NCBI GenBank assembly: GCA_038496445.1
Contig: JALMLS010000579.1
Location: 443,095 to 507,094 of the forward strand
Length of the DNA: 64,000 nt
Direction of reading: 5' to 3'
Source: Trichosphaerium sp. ATCC 40318
Taxonomy: Eukaryota; Protista; Tubulinea
Positions 13,383 through 24,715 of this stretch are shown piece after piece. Positions within the stretch are counted from its first letter, which is position 1, and the number at the start of each line of letters is the position of its first letter. The notes beneath the pieces are model-generated. The model was not told the DNA's origin. It saw nothing but the letters and a program-made list of their open reading frames with translations, and did no database searches. A program made the translations under genes and the position numbers.

Positions 13383-14688
13383 ATGACGCATGCTTGCGTG
13401 CCTACAAAATATGATCCTGTCACGCTATCTATTGGTTACATAGTACTCATTGGCACTTTCTTAATCTATATTCCGCAGGTACGAAGGCCAATAGAGAGGC
13501 TAAAAAAACTTTTTTTCGAAAAAAATTCTAAAAGGGAAGTAGTTTGTTCTTTTGTTTATGAAACGCTCTAGCTATGGTAAGCCGCAGTAATACGTTATAT
13601 TTGAAACTGATGTATTGCCTTTTTCAGGCATTTCTGATTTTAATCGATTTATATTCGCTGTTATGACAGCTTCTTCGCTTGGAAGTGTACGTGAAATGTT
13701 AAAAGAAAGGTTATTATTGAAAATACAAGATTTTTTTTTACAAACGAGTTTTTTTAGGTTGTTGTCTTGGAATATTACAAGTTTTCTTGCTGTACGGACT
13801 GGAGTACTTCTAATTGTTTCGATACTATGATGAATATTGGTCAGAACTTTATGACTTTTTATAGTAGCTTCACTTTTGCTCTTTTGTATTTTATGTTTTA
13901 TGAGATAAAACGCGATGGTAAATTAGTTCACGTGTATACGAAACGGTACGGCTGAAATTTCAGAATTTTATTTGTTCCCTGTTTAGGGTAGGAGTGCGTT
14001 TTACCAACGTCCGGTGAGGACTAAATTCGTTGTTGGTGGGGAGAAAATTTGCATTCCTTCCAGATTTTACTATCCCCATTTTTTTTGGTTTTGACACTTA
14101 ACTTCTAGTGTGCTTATCTTAGCTTCGTTATTGATTATATGGTATTTGACTATCATAATTGTTGCATATGTTACAATTACGTTTTGGGGTCAGGATAGTA
14201 CCGTAACAAAGTACTACGGTAAAAACAACAAGTTTATTTTTCTGCTTTAACACTCAATTAAGGCGAGGGGCTCGGTATTATTGCATCTATTTGTAATGTT
14301 GCTGGAAATTTACCACAGATTTATGAGACATGGCGTTTAAAGGATACAGGATCTTATTCAATAATAACACAATTACTCAGCGTATGCTTAAAGAAAATCG
14401 AAAACTTTAATTTTTTTATTGGTATTTTTTTATGACGTTTCGATTTAGACTCCTGGTACATTCATGCTTGCGTACTTTCAGTTCAAGAGTGACCCAAAGA
14501 AATTCGGAGTTTGGTTACCTTGGTGGGTCGGTGCATTCTTGACTTTCGTACTCTGTGTTGAGCTATGCTATTATGCTACTCTGAAGCGACTACGAGAAAG
14601 ACGTTTAAGAAAGCAAGGAATTATACCAAGAAAGACTATGGATGTAGCACCTTTATTAGGGAGTGGTACAACGGTACAAATAGAATAA
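13383..14688 (+). CDS. PQ-loop repeat membrane transporter, probably lysosomal
   Basis: YIPQ|FVLLFMKRSSYGIS and LPQIYETWRLKDTGSYS PQ-loop motifs, hydrophobic exons, and a C-terminal acidic dileucine DVAPLL. Confidence 0.85.
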
Positions 14689-15194
14689 ACCTACTTTCAA
14701 ACAAAACGGCTTTATAGTTGGTGACCCTACCATCGCTTATTGATGCTTACATAGAGCGCCACTCTATTTTCCCTACATTATGCAAACTTTTTGTGACAAA
14801 ATCGCTAGTTCTGCTTTATTTCATCAAAAAACATTTTAAATTTGCAACATTTATCATGATTCCGAACCCGCAGACATGGACTCCAAGCGCCTTGTAGAGC
14901 AACCAAAAAAAGTCATAAAATCGCCAATTGTTGAGTAAATACTTTCCATGACGTCTCTAACCTCAGCAATCTTTTTTTATAGCTCAGGCTAACACAACTT
15001 GCCTCTTCTCCCGGGTTGAATTATTATTGTAATACAATAATGACACAACAGTGCTGTCTGATCTCATGAACATGAAACAATTTTCACTGAACAAACCAAC
15101 GTGTTAGTTTCAAAACGCATGAACATCAAAGTGCTTGACACGCAACTCCAGTACTCACTCCGTTACCGCTTTACAAAATACTATTGCGTACAAC

Positions 15195-16352
15195 ATGAAG
15201 ACATTGTCAACGCTTTCTATTGCTTTAGCGCTCTTTGTGTGCTCTATTGTTGCCAACCCCTACTGGCTTCCAACAAATGGCTCCACTACTCCTACGCACA
15301 TAAGAGGAGTTAGGCGCTATGGTAGCCTCACGCCGCAATACTATACGTGGATTGTGCAACCAACTGATAAAATCCTTCGATTCAGCTACACGCCAAACCA
15401 AGACCGCTTAGTGCTTTTTATTAAACCAGGTCAAAAATGGATGATAGCGCAGTTTACGAGCAACTTTATCTCTCCAAACGGTGAGTGGCTCATTATAGGC
15501 CTTGGAAGTGGTGCAATAAGCACATCATGGACGACTCAGGCCAATGACCAAGTCGTTGCGGGAAGATTCGTTGCCACAAATCAACAACAACTCTTGATTT
15601 CGAATCCTGATGGACGATACACCCTCCTGTGGCCTGTACTCACATTCCAAGGCGGGTTTAGTACAATGATATTCCATCCTGTCCACTTCGCATCGAACGC
15701 AGCTGTAACTGCCGCCGACACGCTTCTTGTAGGCGATTTTGCCAATGTCGGAAAAGACTACGTTGTTCTTATCAAACCGTCCTTCGGATACTACGTAATG
15801 ACGTTTGATACCAACCTTCAATGGCAGATCCTATCAACAACAGCTGGACCTATTCACTGGTGGAACATCAACGCGAATGATAAATATGTTGTAGGCAACT
15901 TCCATGTTCCTTCCCAGACAGATGTCACTCCAGAGCTCCTAGCCGTTAATCCAAACGGATTTCACCATGTCATGACTTTTAATGCTAATACAAACAAGTT
16001 TACTTTTCTCTCAGGTGGAGGTAACGGTAAAATTGGGACTTGGACTATCGGACCAAACAATCGTTTCCTTGCTGGACAGTACTTGGGTAATCAGATTTAT
16101 AGCAGGGATTTTCTGCTTGCGATTGATCCGAGTGGCGATTCTCATACCTTGGGTTACTCTGTAGGTAACTGGATTCATGCTGACGAGAATTACAATGACG
16201 GAAAGATAGCAGGATGGCAGATAAATCCTAATCCTAACAGGGATTTTTATATTACCATGGAGTTCAAACAAGCACCTTATCAACATGACCGAGTATTAGC
16301 ACTCAATACTCAAGGATCGTGGAAGTATATGAGAGCAACATGGGCTACATAG
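15195..16352 (+). CDS. Intronless secreted beta-propeller-like protein with FG-GAP/VCBS-like repeats
   Basis: Signal peptide MKTLSTLSIALALFVCSIVA. Repeats DQVVAGRF, DTLLVGDFANVGKDYVVLI, DKYVVGNF, GKIGTWTIGPNNRFLAG, GKIAGWQI. Visibly higher GC than the flanks. Confidence 0.7.
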   Translation: MKTLSTLSIALALFVCSIVANPYWLPTNGSTTPTHIRGVRRYGSLTPQYYTWIVQPTDKILRFSYTPNQDRLVLFIKPGQKWMIAQFTSNFISPNGEWLIIGLGSGAISTSWTTQANDQVVAGRFVATNQQQLLISNPDGRYTLLWPVLTFQGGFSTMIFHPVHFASNAAVTAADTLLVGDFANVGKDYVVLIKPSFGYYVMTFDTNLQWQILSTTAGPIHWWNINANDKYVVGNFHVPSQTDVTPELLAVNPNGFHHVMTFNANTNKFTFLSGGGNGKIGTWTIGPNNRFLAGQYLGNQIYSRDFLLAIDPSGDSHTLGYSVGNWIHADENYNDGKIAGWQINPNPNRDFYITMEFKQAPYQHDRVLALNTQGSWKYMRATWAT

Positions 16353-16508
16353 GTAGTAAAAAGAAAGTCGCAATAAAATAGTTCTCTTATGAGTTGTCGT
16401 TGTTGTTTACAGTTTTGGTTGAGCGAAATTGCAAATAGATTCTAAGTGTTCTCACGTGGTCTAGTTAAGCTTTGTTTTGCCATTGTTTCCTGTGTAAGCG
16501 CAAGCAGA

Positions 16509-17921
16509 ATGGAGAGGGTCTTTAAACAGTGCTCCAAATGCGCAAAGCCACAAGATACGCTTAAACGATGTACTGCTTGTTATTGTGTTGCCTATTGTAA
16601 TGCTGCATGCCAAAAATCCCATTGGTGCGCTCTTTAGCTAAATTACTACAATCACGCTAGATATTTTGGTAAAATAAGTCTAAAAACGTACCTGACGCTA
16701 ATATAGGGCGGACCATAAAGCTTCATGTGCTATTGTTCATAGTCCAATCAAATTCGTGTCAAGATTCAGTACAATGTCTGAAACACAGATAAATACATGG
16801 CTCAATAACCGTATGGCGTTCCTGGCAGTAAAGGTACGATTTATTACGCGATTATGTTTAAAGAGCTAAAAACGCGCTAGAGCTCTCGCAGTGAGCGTCA
16901 AAACGCTAAAAAAATTCGTGCAGAACCTCCAGAAGGAGATAACGGTAAAAAATAGCAAACTCAACATTTTTTTTTGTTTCGTTGAAATCATCCTCACAGT
17001 CGTTTAGAAAAGTACCAAGGACCACGTAGAGACCCTCTAAAGAAGCGCGAAAAAGAATATAAGCCACGTGTTGCCTTTTTAAAGGTACAACACTGGCCTC
17101 AATTCGTCAGATTTTAATTTAATTAAATTTACTGTCTATTTAGAAGCTTGGTGATACACCTAAGTTGCCTGGCTCAACTGAGTCTTATAAGGCAGATGAC
17201 ATCCCAGATTTAATAGATATGGTATTTGATCAAGAGTGTTGGACTTCTCCACCACCTCTCAATGACGCACCTTTTTGGGTAAGTGCTTGCACCGTTTTAG
17301 CAAATAACGTTAATGATTTTTTTTTCAGGCTATGAGCATCTTTGACAATGGTCCACATCTCCGCTCTGCTGTAATACCCCACCTACCCCAGCTATTCCGT
17401 GTCTGTGATATAAACTCTCCTCTTATTGATCCGTTTAAAGTGTTTCGTAAGCTTTGGCATCTGACTTTTCCTAAAAGGTACGTTGTGAACATCTTATGAA
17501 CTTTTTAATCTTTCACTCTCCTTTCTGTACTCAACCTATTTTTACCAAAAGTTTTCACGTTGCTTTCCAATATATAAGTGATCCTGGGAACCAACACGGA
17601 TTCCCTTACGCTCTTCGTATAATGGTAGACATGGTCAAAAATTCGAAAGGATTGAAGGCGCTTCTTATCGGCATTTTGGCTGATCACATAGCAAGAGCGT
17701 GGGAATACAGTCCAGCGCATGTAACAGATGTTATAAGACATCTCATCGCAGTACGTTTGAAGAGTAATTTTATATTACAGTTTCTTACTTTTACTCAGAT
17801 GGAAGCGTCATCTACAGAGCATTTGATTCGTAAAGCTTATAATTTGAATGCTGTTAATGATAAAGCACATGGTGGAGTAGAAGACGCTGTTAGTAAACTT
17901 CTCAACTGCAATAAAGCTTGA
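16509..17921 (+). CDS. MYND-type zinc-finger protein, multi-exon
   Basis: CSKC...LKRCTACYCVAYCNAACQKSHW|ADHKASC, with downstream exons continuing to TGA at 17921. Confidence 0.8.
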
Positions 17922-18305
17922 CACCTTCTTGTTCTAAACAGCCTTGAAGCCAGCTTTTAAACAAAAACAGTTATCGTTTCCGCTATATTCAGTATCACAA
18001 CTCCTTCAACGTAGCTATTAGACGGGGTTATTATTTCAGCCTTTAGCGGGCGTCGTGGAATTAAGTGTAAATTCTAAAAGGTACGAAAAGTGTTCTAGTT
18101 TGGGTAGTTTTTGTTCACAGAAGTCGCGCTTTACAAGTTAGTTTATCGGTTTATTTACACAAAACCACTCCGTGTGGATTAATTACAATGTTGGTAGGTC
18201 TATTACTTCTTTAGGCCTTTTAAATAAAAATTGTTGTTCCGTCATGGAAAAACAGTGCACGTGCTTAATCAGCGATGACTCTATTTTTGGGTACTTTCTT
18301 CTTTT

Positions 18306-18719
18306 TCAGTAGTTTAAGGACGACAAATATGCGTTATATAACTTCCTTGATACCTCTGGAAACAGTGATATACACGGCATAGGACCCTCTGTTAGTATTA
18401 CATCGAAAGAAGCTTTGACTTTTTCTTCAGTTACACCAGCAAACTCCCAAGCTCCTTCTTCGTTCAACTCTTCAGAAACAAGGTGTTCGTACAGCATGAA
18501 CTTTAATAGAGTCTCCACGTGATGAAAGGGATCGCCAAGCATCTTCCAAGCTGGTGTCTTTGACTTGCTTACAATGCGAATAAATATACGATATTCAGGT
18601 TTTGATGATATCCTCATAGGTGTTTGTATTTTTGAGTGCTTTTCTTTTGATTCGGAGCATCTCAAGCTCTTTGAACTTCTTACTTTGCGTAAATATTTGC
18701 GGACGAGCCTCTTGAACAT
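18306..18719 (-). CDS. Hypothetical intronless protein, 137 aa
   Basis: ATG-initiated ORF with protein-like composition; no recognised motif. Confidence 0.45.
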   Translation of the reverse strand: MFKRLVRKYLRKVRSSKSLRCSESKEKHSKIQTPMRISSKPEYRIFIRIVSKSKTPAWKMLGDPFHHVETLLKFMLYEHLVSEELNEEGAWEFAGVTEEKVKASFDVILTEGPMPCISLFPEVSRKLYNAYLSSLNY

Positions 18720-19236
18720 TGTAGTTGTTTTGGTTATAATATAATAGACGTTCCGCTTTCCTTTCGTTATGTACGTAGTACTACCATGAAGTATGTCAAT
18801 AACGACAAGCGTACTTCATCAAAATTAGATTTTGATAGTCAAAATCAGGTATAGCGCAATAACTACACTTCCAACTAATCTCCGTGTTACCAGTGGCGTG
18901 TATATTACAGAGGTTAATTAGTAGCTGATTTGTTGGTACTTCCTTTACTCCTGTTGTACGAAATTCCTAACAAGTAGCGTATGTTCCAAATATTGATAAA
19001 GTAGTGTTCTCAAAAATAGTTTAAACACGTGATCAGTAATCCGCTTTTATACAACAAAATGTCGCTTCAAGGACTTTTAACAGTTTAAAACTGCATAACG
19101 AACACTGTGTACAACATGAATATTCTAAAGAGCGCTTGTTAGTACTACTTGGAAGATGGCTTCTGGCGATGAACGTTTTAAGTTGATTTGAATAGTTTTT
19201 GACTTGTTAGTCGTAATTCAAGTCTGTGAGGTGAAG

Positions 19237-22200
19237 ATGTCGCTCAACAAATGGAATGACAGCGATGCGGAGGAGTATACAAAAACTTTCAGCAATGTTC
19301 ACCCTGATATTGCCCTACGGTGTTACACAAGCAACCTTATTGGTAGAAATAGCGAGTACGTTACGTTTTATGTATATTGCGATGGTTGACGCTTTATGCC
19401 ACTTGTTAATTGTAAGAATAGTCTTGTAATGCATGGTGGCGGCAATACATCCGTAAAATTGACTATTACAAACAAAGTAGGCGAAAGCGTTGAAGTACGT
19501 CTAATATCAATAAAAACGCATCTAATCGCCTACACTACGAAGGTTATTGCTGTTAAAGGGTCAGGATGGAACTTGGATACAATAAAACCACCAGGATTCC
19601 CACTTGTAGATTTGACACACTGTCGTAAACTAAGGTACGTCACGTCGAACTTACTAAGCTAATTAAACGCCTAATTGAGGCATACTCGCTTTTTCTGATT
19701 GATGTTCGTTTTAGAAACCTTGACGCGTTGTCAGACGAGGACATGGTGAATCAACTTCGCACCCACATGTTGGATCATAAATCACCAAATCCGTAAGTTG
19801 AGGAAAACATGCCAATAGATTTTTCCTCACCTTTCCAATAGTTCTGTCGAAACCCTGTTACATGCCTTCCTACCCCATAAATTTGTTGACCATTCACATG
19901 CTGATGCTATATTGGCACTGGCAGATCAGAAAGATGATTCTTTAGTACGAAAGGTAAGCGACATAAACTCTGTTATTTTTGTCCTTTTGTATTAATATAT
20001 GCTTAGGTTTTCGGGAAGGAATTTGGCATAGTACCATACATCATGCCTGGTTTTGCGTTGTCCAAAAAAGCATATGAAGTGTACATGCAAGATACGAGTG
20101 TTAAGGGTAATACCTTTAATATCACGTGATGTTAAGGTACAAATAACTAATTTTTCTATTTTTAGGCTTGGTTTTAATGCGCCATGGTTTGTTTACTTTT
20201 GGAAGCACTGCCAAGGAATCATATGATGAACACATCGCTGCTGTTGAAAAGGCAATGGCTTACATCAAAACGCAAAAACCAATACAACTTACAGCTCTTC
20301 CTAACGTCAAAATACCGCAATACAGCCTTGTAGCCCCTGTACGTACCAAGTATTTAAACATGCTCTTTTTTTGTTTATTTTCTGTAGTTGCTTCGTGGTA
20401 TCTTGTATGGAATATCAGGCAATACATGGGTTTTAACACGTACAGATTCTGAAGAAATATCGGCTTTTGTGAATTCAGAGCAAGCCAAGATGTGGTCTCA
20501 AAGAGGCACAATGACACCAGATCATGTCATTCGTACAAAGGTAGTTGCTATAATCTGTTACCGAACTTTACATGTAACATGTGCTTAGGCTCTTCCTCTA
20601 CTTCTTAATGATTGGCCAACTGATGTTGAATCTCCAAGTGTACTTGCTAAGTACCTCAATGACAAAATCGTGGAGTACACAAACAATTATCATGCGTACT
20701 TTCAAAAGCATAATGATATGTATGTTCTGCTTTTGCTGTTGTTTTTTTACTAACTGTAACCAAGATCTTCTGTAAAGAAAAAAGAACTTGACAACCTACC
20801 ACGTGTTGTATTGATGAGAGGTATTGGACTTGTAACACTTGGTAAAAAGGTACTCTACCTTTAATTCTGTTTAAAAGTTAATATTGCTTTGTACAGGTTG
20901 TTGAAACTCACGTGTCACGTGATATATACTGTCACACAATAACGACTATTCAAAAAGCTATGAGTGTAGGAGATTATACTCCTTGCTCAATGAGTGACCT
21001 CTGGGATATGGAGTACTGTACTGCTGAATGAGAAAGTCAATATTGAAACCTAATGGCATGTGTTTAGGGACACTAGAGCAAGCAAAACTAGGCCGTGCAA
21101 AACCTCGAACTTTTGAAGGGAAGGTTACAGTTGTCACTGGAGCAGCATCAGGCATAGGTAGACATGTAGCAGAGGTATTTATATATCATGTTCATAGTAA
21201 CGAAATAATGCTAATACAACAACTTAGTCTTTCGCAAAAGCTGGCAGCAACTTGTTTCTAATGGATGTCGATAATGCCAAACTTACCGAAACTAAAAAAG
21301 CCATTGATAGCACGTGCATAAAAGGTAGTTCTATATTAACGAATAACTAGGTTTGTCGCTAAAGATTGGCGTTGCTACAGCAACAGTCGATATTACCAGC
21401 GAAGTTGATGTACATAAAGCAATACAGCAATGTGCTGAGACGTTCGGAGGGTATGTATAGGACTTCATGCCATAATATTCGACTGCTAACACACTGTAAG
21501 TGTTGATTACGTTATTAATAATGCTGGAAAAGCTATTCAAGGCGAGCGTATAGGTGAAGCTAGTGGTCTAGGATCTAGTATGAATATCAATTTTTTTGGA
21601 CACCATTACACCTCAAAGAGCGTAGTATCACTTCTTTTATTACAAAACACAGGTTCCAGACGTACGTAATAGTCTACAAAACGTAACGATAGTTTGTGAG
21701 CCTGATGTTATTCATAGAAGAAGCCTCTACCAGCACAACACCGATGGGTGGTTGTCTTTTGTTTAACATTTCTAAAGCAGCTGTAAATCCAGGTTACTTG
21801 TTTGGTCCTTATGGTAAGTAAAAGAAGGCTATTTGATATAATAACACAGTTATAGCAGTAGCAAAAGCTGCTACTCTAGCGTTAATGAAGCAATACGCTG
21901 TAGACTATGGAAAGGTACTTTATTTTTTTTTGGTGACCTTTTTTACTTGTATTGACTTTCGATTTATAGGATAATATCCGTGCTAATGCTGTTAATCCTG
22001 ATCGTATAAGAACGAATTTATTCACTCCTGAACTTGTTAGTTCAAGAGCAAAAGCAAGGGGAGTTACAGAAGATGAGTACTTCAAATGTAATCTGTTAAA
22101 ACAAGAGGTAACATTTGGTGTTTTTATTTTTTGTTTTGTTTTTTAATTTTTTTCTCTACAATTAGGTAACTGTTGAAGATGTTTCAAAAGCGTTTATTGC

Positions 22201-22276
22201 TATGGCGCTTTCTTATAAAACATCTGGTTGTATGATAACAGTTGATGGAGGAAATATTTCTGCTGCACCAAGGTAG
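19237..22276 (+). CDS. Bifunctional class II aldolase / short-chain dehydrogenase (RhaD-SDR, YuxG/RhaEW-like), multi-exon
   Basis: LVMHGGGNTSVK, VKGSGWNL, SVETLLHAFLPHKFVDHSHAD, PYIMPGFAL, LMRHGLFTFG, TPDHVIRTK, WDMEYWTLEQAKLG, VTGAASGIG, NNAG, YxxxK (PYAVAKAA), IRANAVNPD and TVDGGNISAAPR*. Confidence 0.92.
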
Positions 22277-22331
22277 ATGCGACAAATAAATCACGTGATC
22301 ACTTCCAAAAACTTGCCTTTTTTTTTTTATC

Positions 22332-23141
22332 TCACCTTGTAATTCCTGGATTCAGCCAAACTATACCCAATTCTTCAACAGCCTCTTTTGTTACCCTGGT
22401 GCCGAGTATAGATTTAAGAGAAGTCAAATACGGCAAGCAATCATTTGTTATGTTGGGACAACGTTTGAGTTCTAGACGTTCAAGATTTGTCAAGTTCTTA
22501 AAACCTGAGTTTGTGTAAAGACCTGCAAAAATTCTCAAATCTTTGACATTTGTCAATTTTCTGAGTTTTTCATCTGATCTTCCTCCATAAATACAAACTG
22601 TATGAACATCACTGAGATGGTCAAGCCAACCTGATTTTGGAAAAGATATTGTAATATTATGAACATCCCTAAGAGCTTTTACTCCCTCTAACTCTAAATT
22701 CGGACACCCTCTAATGTTAATGGTGTGTACAGACTTAAGAGCTTTCAAAGACTCATCAGAAATATATGTATAAGCCAATGAAATACTATGAATGCTGTGT
22801 TTTTCTCCACTTCTTAATAAAGCAAGAATTTGCTTGTCGCCAACATTTGTACCTTCTAGGTCTATATTGCGAACTCCAGACAAGCAAGAAATATGTACCT
22901 CTGATAAGGCTATAACCTTGCATTTTATCTGAGTGTTTTTAAGCAACGGACTGCCTTTGAGAATACGACATTCGGAACCTTTTGTTACTTTGAGGGAAAC
23001 AAAGCCGACATTGTAACGAATGATGTTATTGAACAGATGAGAGACTGTAGAAGCAGTAAATCGATGTGTTCTGCTTAAATTACTTAGTATTTGTGTTAAT
23101 GTCTCTGGTGGAAACTGTTCAATCGATAGACGTCGTTTCAT
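22332..23141 (-). CDS. Intronless F-box + LRR protein
   Basis: IEQFPPETLTQILSNLS...ASTVSHLF F-box, and LRRs such as LKSVHTINIRGC and LTNLERLELKRCPNITNDCL. Confidence 0.85.
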   Translation of the reverse strand: MKRRLSIEQFPPETLTQILSNLSRTHRFTASTVSHLFNNIIRYNVGFVSLKVTKGSECRILKGSPLLKNTQIKCKVIALSEVHISCLSGVRNIDLEGTNVGDKQILALLRSGEKHSIHSISLAYTYISDESLKALKSVHTINIRGCPNLELEGVKALRDVHNITISFPKSGWLDHLSDVHTVCIYGGRSDEKLRKLTNVKDLRIFAGLYTNSGFKNLTNLERLELKRCPNITNDCLPYLTSLKSILGTRVTKEAVEELGIVWLNPGITR

Positions 23142-23959
23142 ACTGTATTGTATCGATTGGGTAACGTCTACAATGTTCAGAAGCCACTTCCGTTTGTCAA
23201 AAAGTATTTTAATGTTGACGTCGGTTTACTTTACTACGAACGAAAATAACGTTTTGTTACAAGGACAACCAGATAAGTATCTAGCACTTTAAGTCACAAA
23301 ATGGGTTCCTCAACTTAGTATGCAGTTCATTTCTTGTCACTTCAATAGCAGCTCTTTCTCAACTGTCTAGACCAAACCCTAAAAGCTCCATAAAACCACA
23401 ACCACTTGTTTGAGCAGTAGTGGAATGAAGTGCTCGCGCTACAATACCCTAATATTATGTGCCATATTATCAATCAGGTTTGATTCCTGCTTGGAGCTCC
23501 TGGGTAGGTCTGGTTCTTTAGGAGTAATGGTTTCTGTTGGAGGCATAATATTTTCCACCAGAATAACACTAAAAATCCACTCAAGTGGATTTTGGTACCT
23601 AGCACATATTAACCTGTGCTGCCACACCCACCAATGGATGACATTTTGTGAGCGAAGGTCGGGTTCTTGTCCCGAGCAAAGTGACGGGCCCGACTGTAAG
23701 CGAACAGTGCTCTATATTAGCTTGCATTCGCTGTCCCATACTCGAATAGTGTAAAACCAAAACTGGGAATACAAATAATCCACTTGAGTGGATTTTGGCC
23801 CATATTTTGTGGAAAATGTGTCGTCTGCGTTTCTGTTGGCAATTAATGTACAGACAAATAAAATCAACAAATCAACAATCAAAAACAAATGGAATATTGT
23901 CTGTTTCATTCAAGTTTTGAGACAGACTGACTTTTAGCATAAAAAATCCAGTTTCTGCC

Positions 23960-24605
23960 TGATCTGTCAGATCTGACGGATTTGACACTTCTGACAGATC
24001 TTGCAAATTGTCATTTTTTAAATGTGATCTACCCTCACGCCTGTCCAGTGACTCCAACCGTTTCAAACCCACGTGATTTAACAAACCCCAGAGCAAACTT
24101 TTTTATTTACATATTTGACGCCTAGCGGCGTTTACAAAGCCTACAGCAACGCTGGTGGTGTTTTGGGGCGGTTTTGACGTTGTTACTCCTTCATTGCTGC
24201 TTGGATGATACCATAGCGCTTCTGTTAGCGTGGGGTAGGCGCTAGCGTAGCGCTAGTAAGTTATACACGTACGTTGATTTTTTGAAGCAAAACATACAGC
24301 AAACAGTGTTTGAGGCATTCATACTGTGTTTGGCGGTAATGCGATAGCTTTGTAGGACATCATACCTTTTTAATTCGCTTTTAGCGCATTGAACACCTCT
24401 GTGGCTTGATCGTACCGTGTACAGTTGGCGTAGGTAAAATACTGCGATCATCTTCCATGGTCTGTTGAAACTTACATTGAAAATTTTGCCATCGCTTACT
24501 TAAGGCATACAATGAAGGACAACATTGTAACACAAATAGTTCACATTGTGATAGATCTACACCATTTGACAGAAGTGTCAGATCTTGCTAGATCTGCTAA
24601 AAGTG
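23960..24605. repeat. Two arrays of GATCTGACA-like 9-mers (23960-24005 and 24553-24605) forming an imperfect inverted repeat
   Basis: Left gatctgtca-gatctgacg-gatttgaca-cttctgaca-gatcttgca; reverse complement of right gatctagcaa-gatctgaca-cttctgtca. Confidence 0.5.
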
Positions 24606-24715
24606 CTAAAAACTCACTTTCTAGAAAATATTAGTAAAACTTGAATGAAACATACAATAGTTTATTTATTGATTATCGATGATATTGAAACCCTTTAGTT
24701 TAGTTCTAAAATACT

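Noticed and set aside
13572-13576. Apparent 5-nt micro-exon (ag|CTATG|gt) in the PQ-loop gene
   Set aside because: Better explained by a normal exon FVLLFMKRSSYG starting near 13543.
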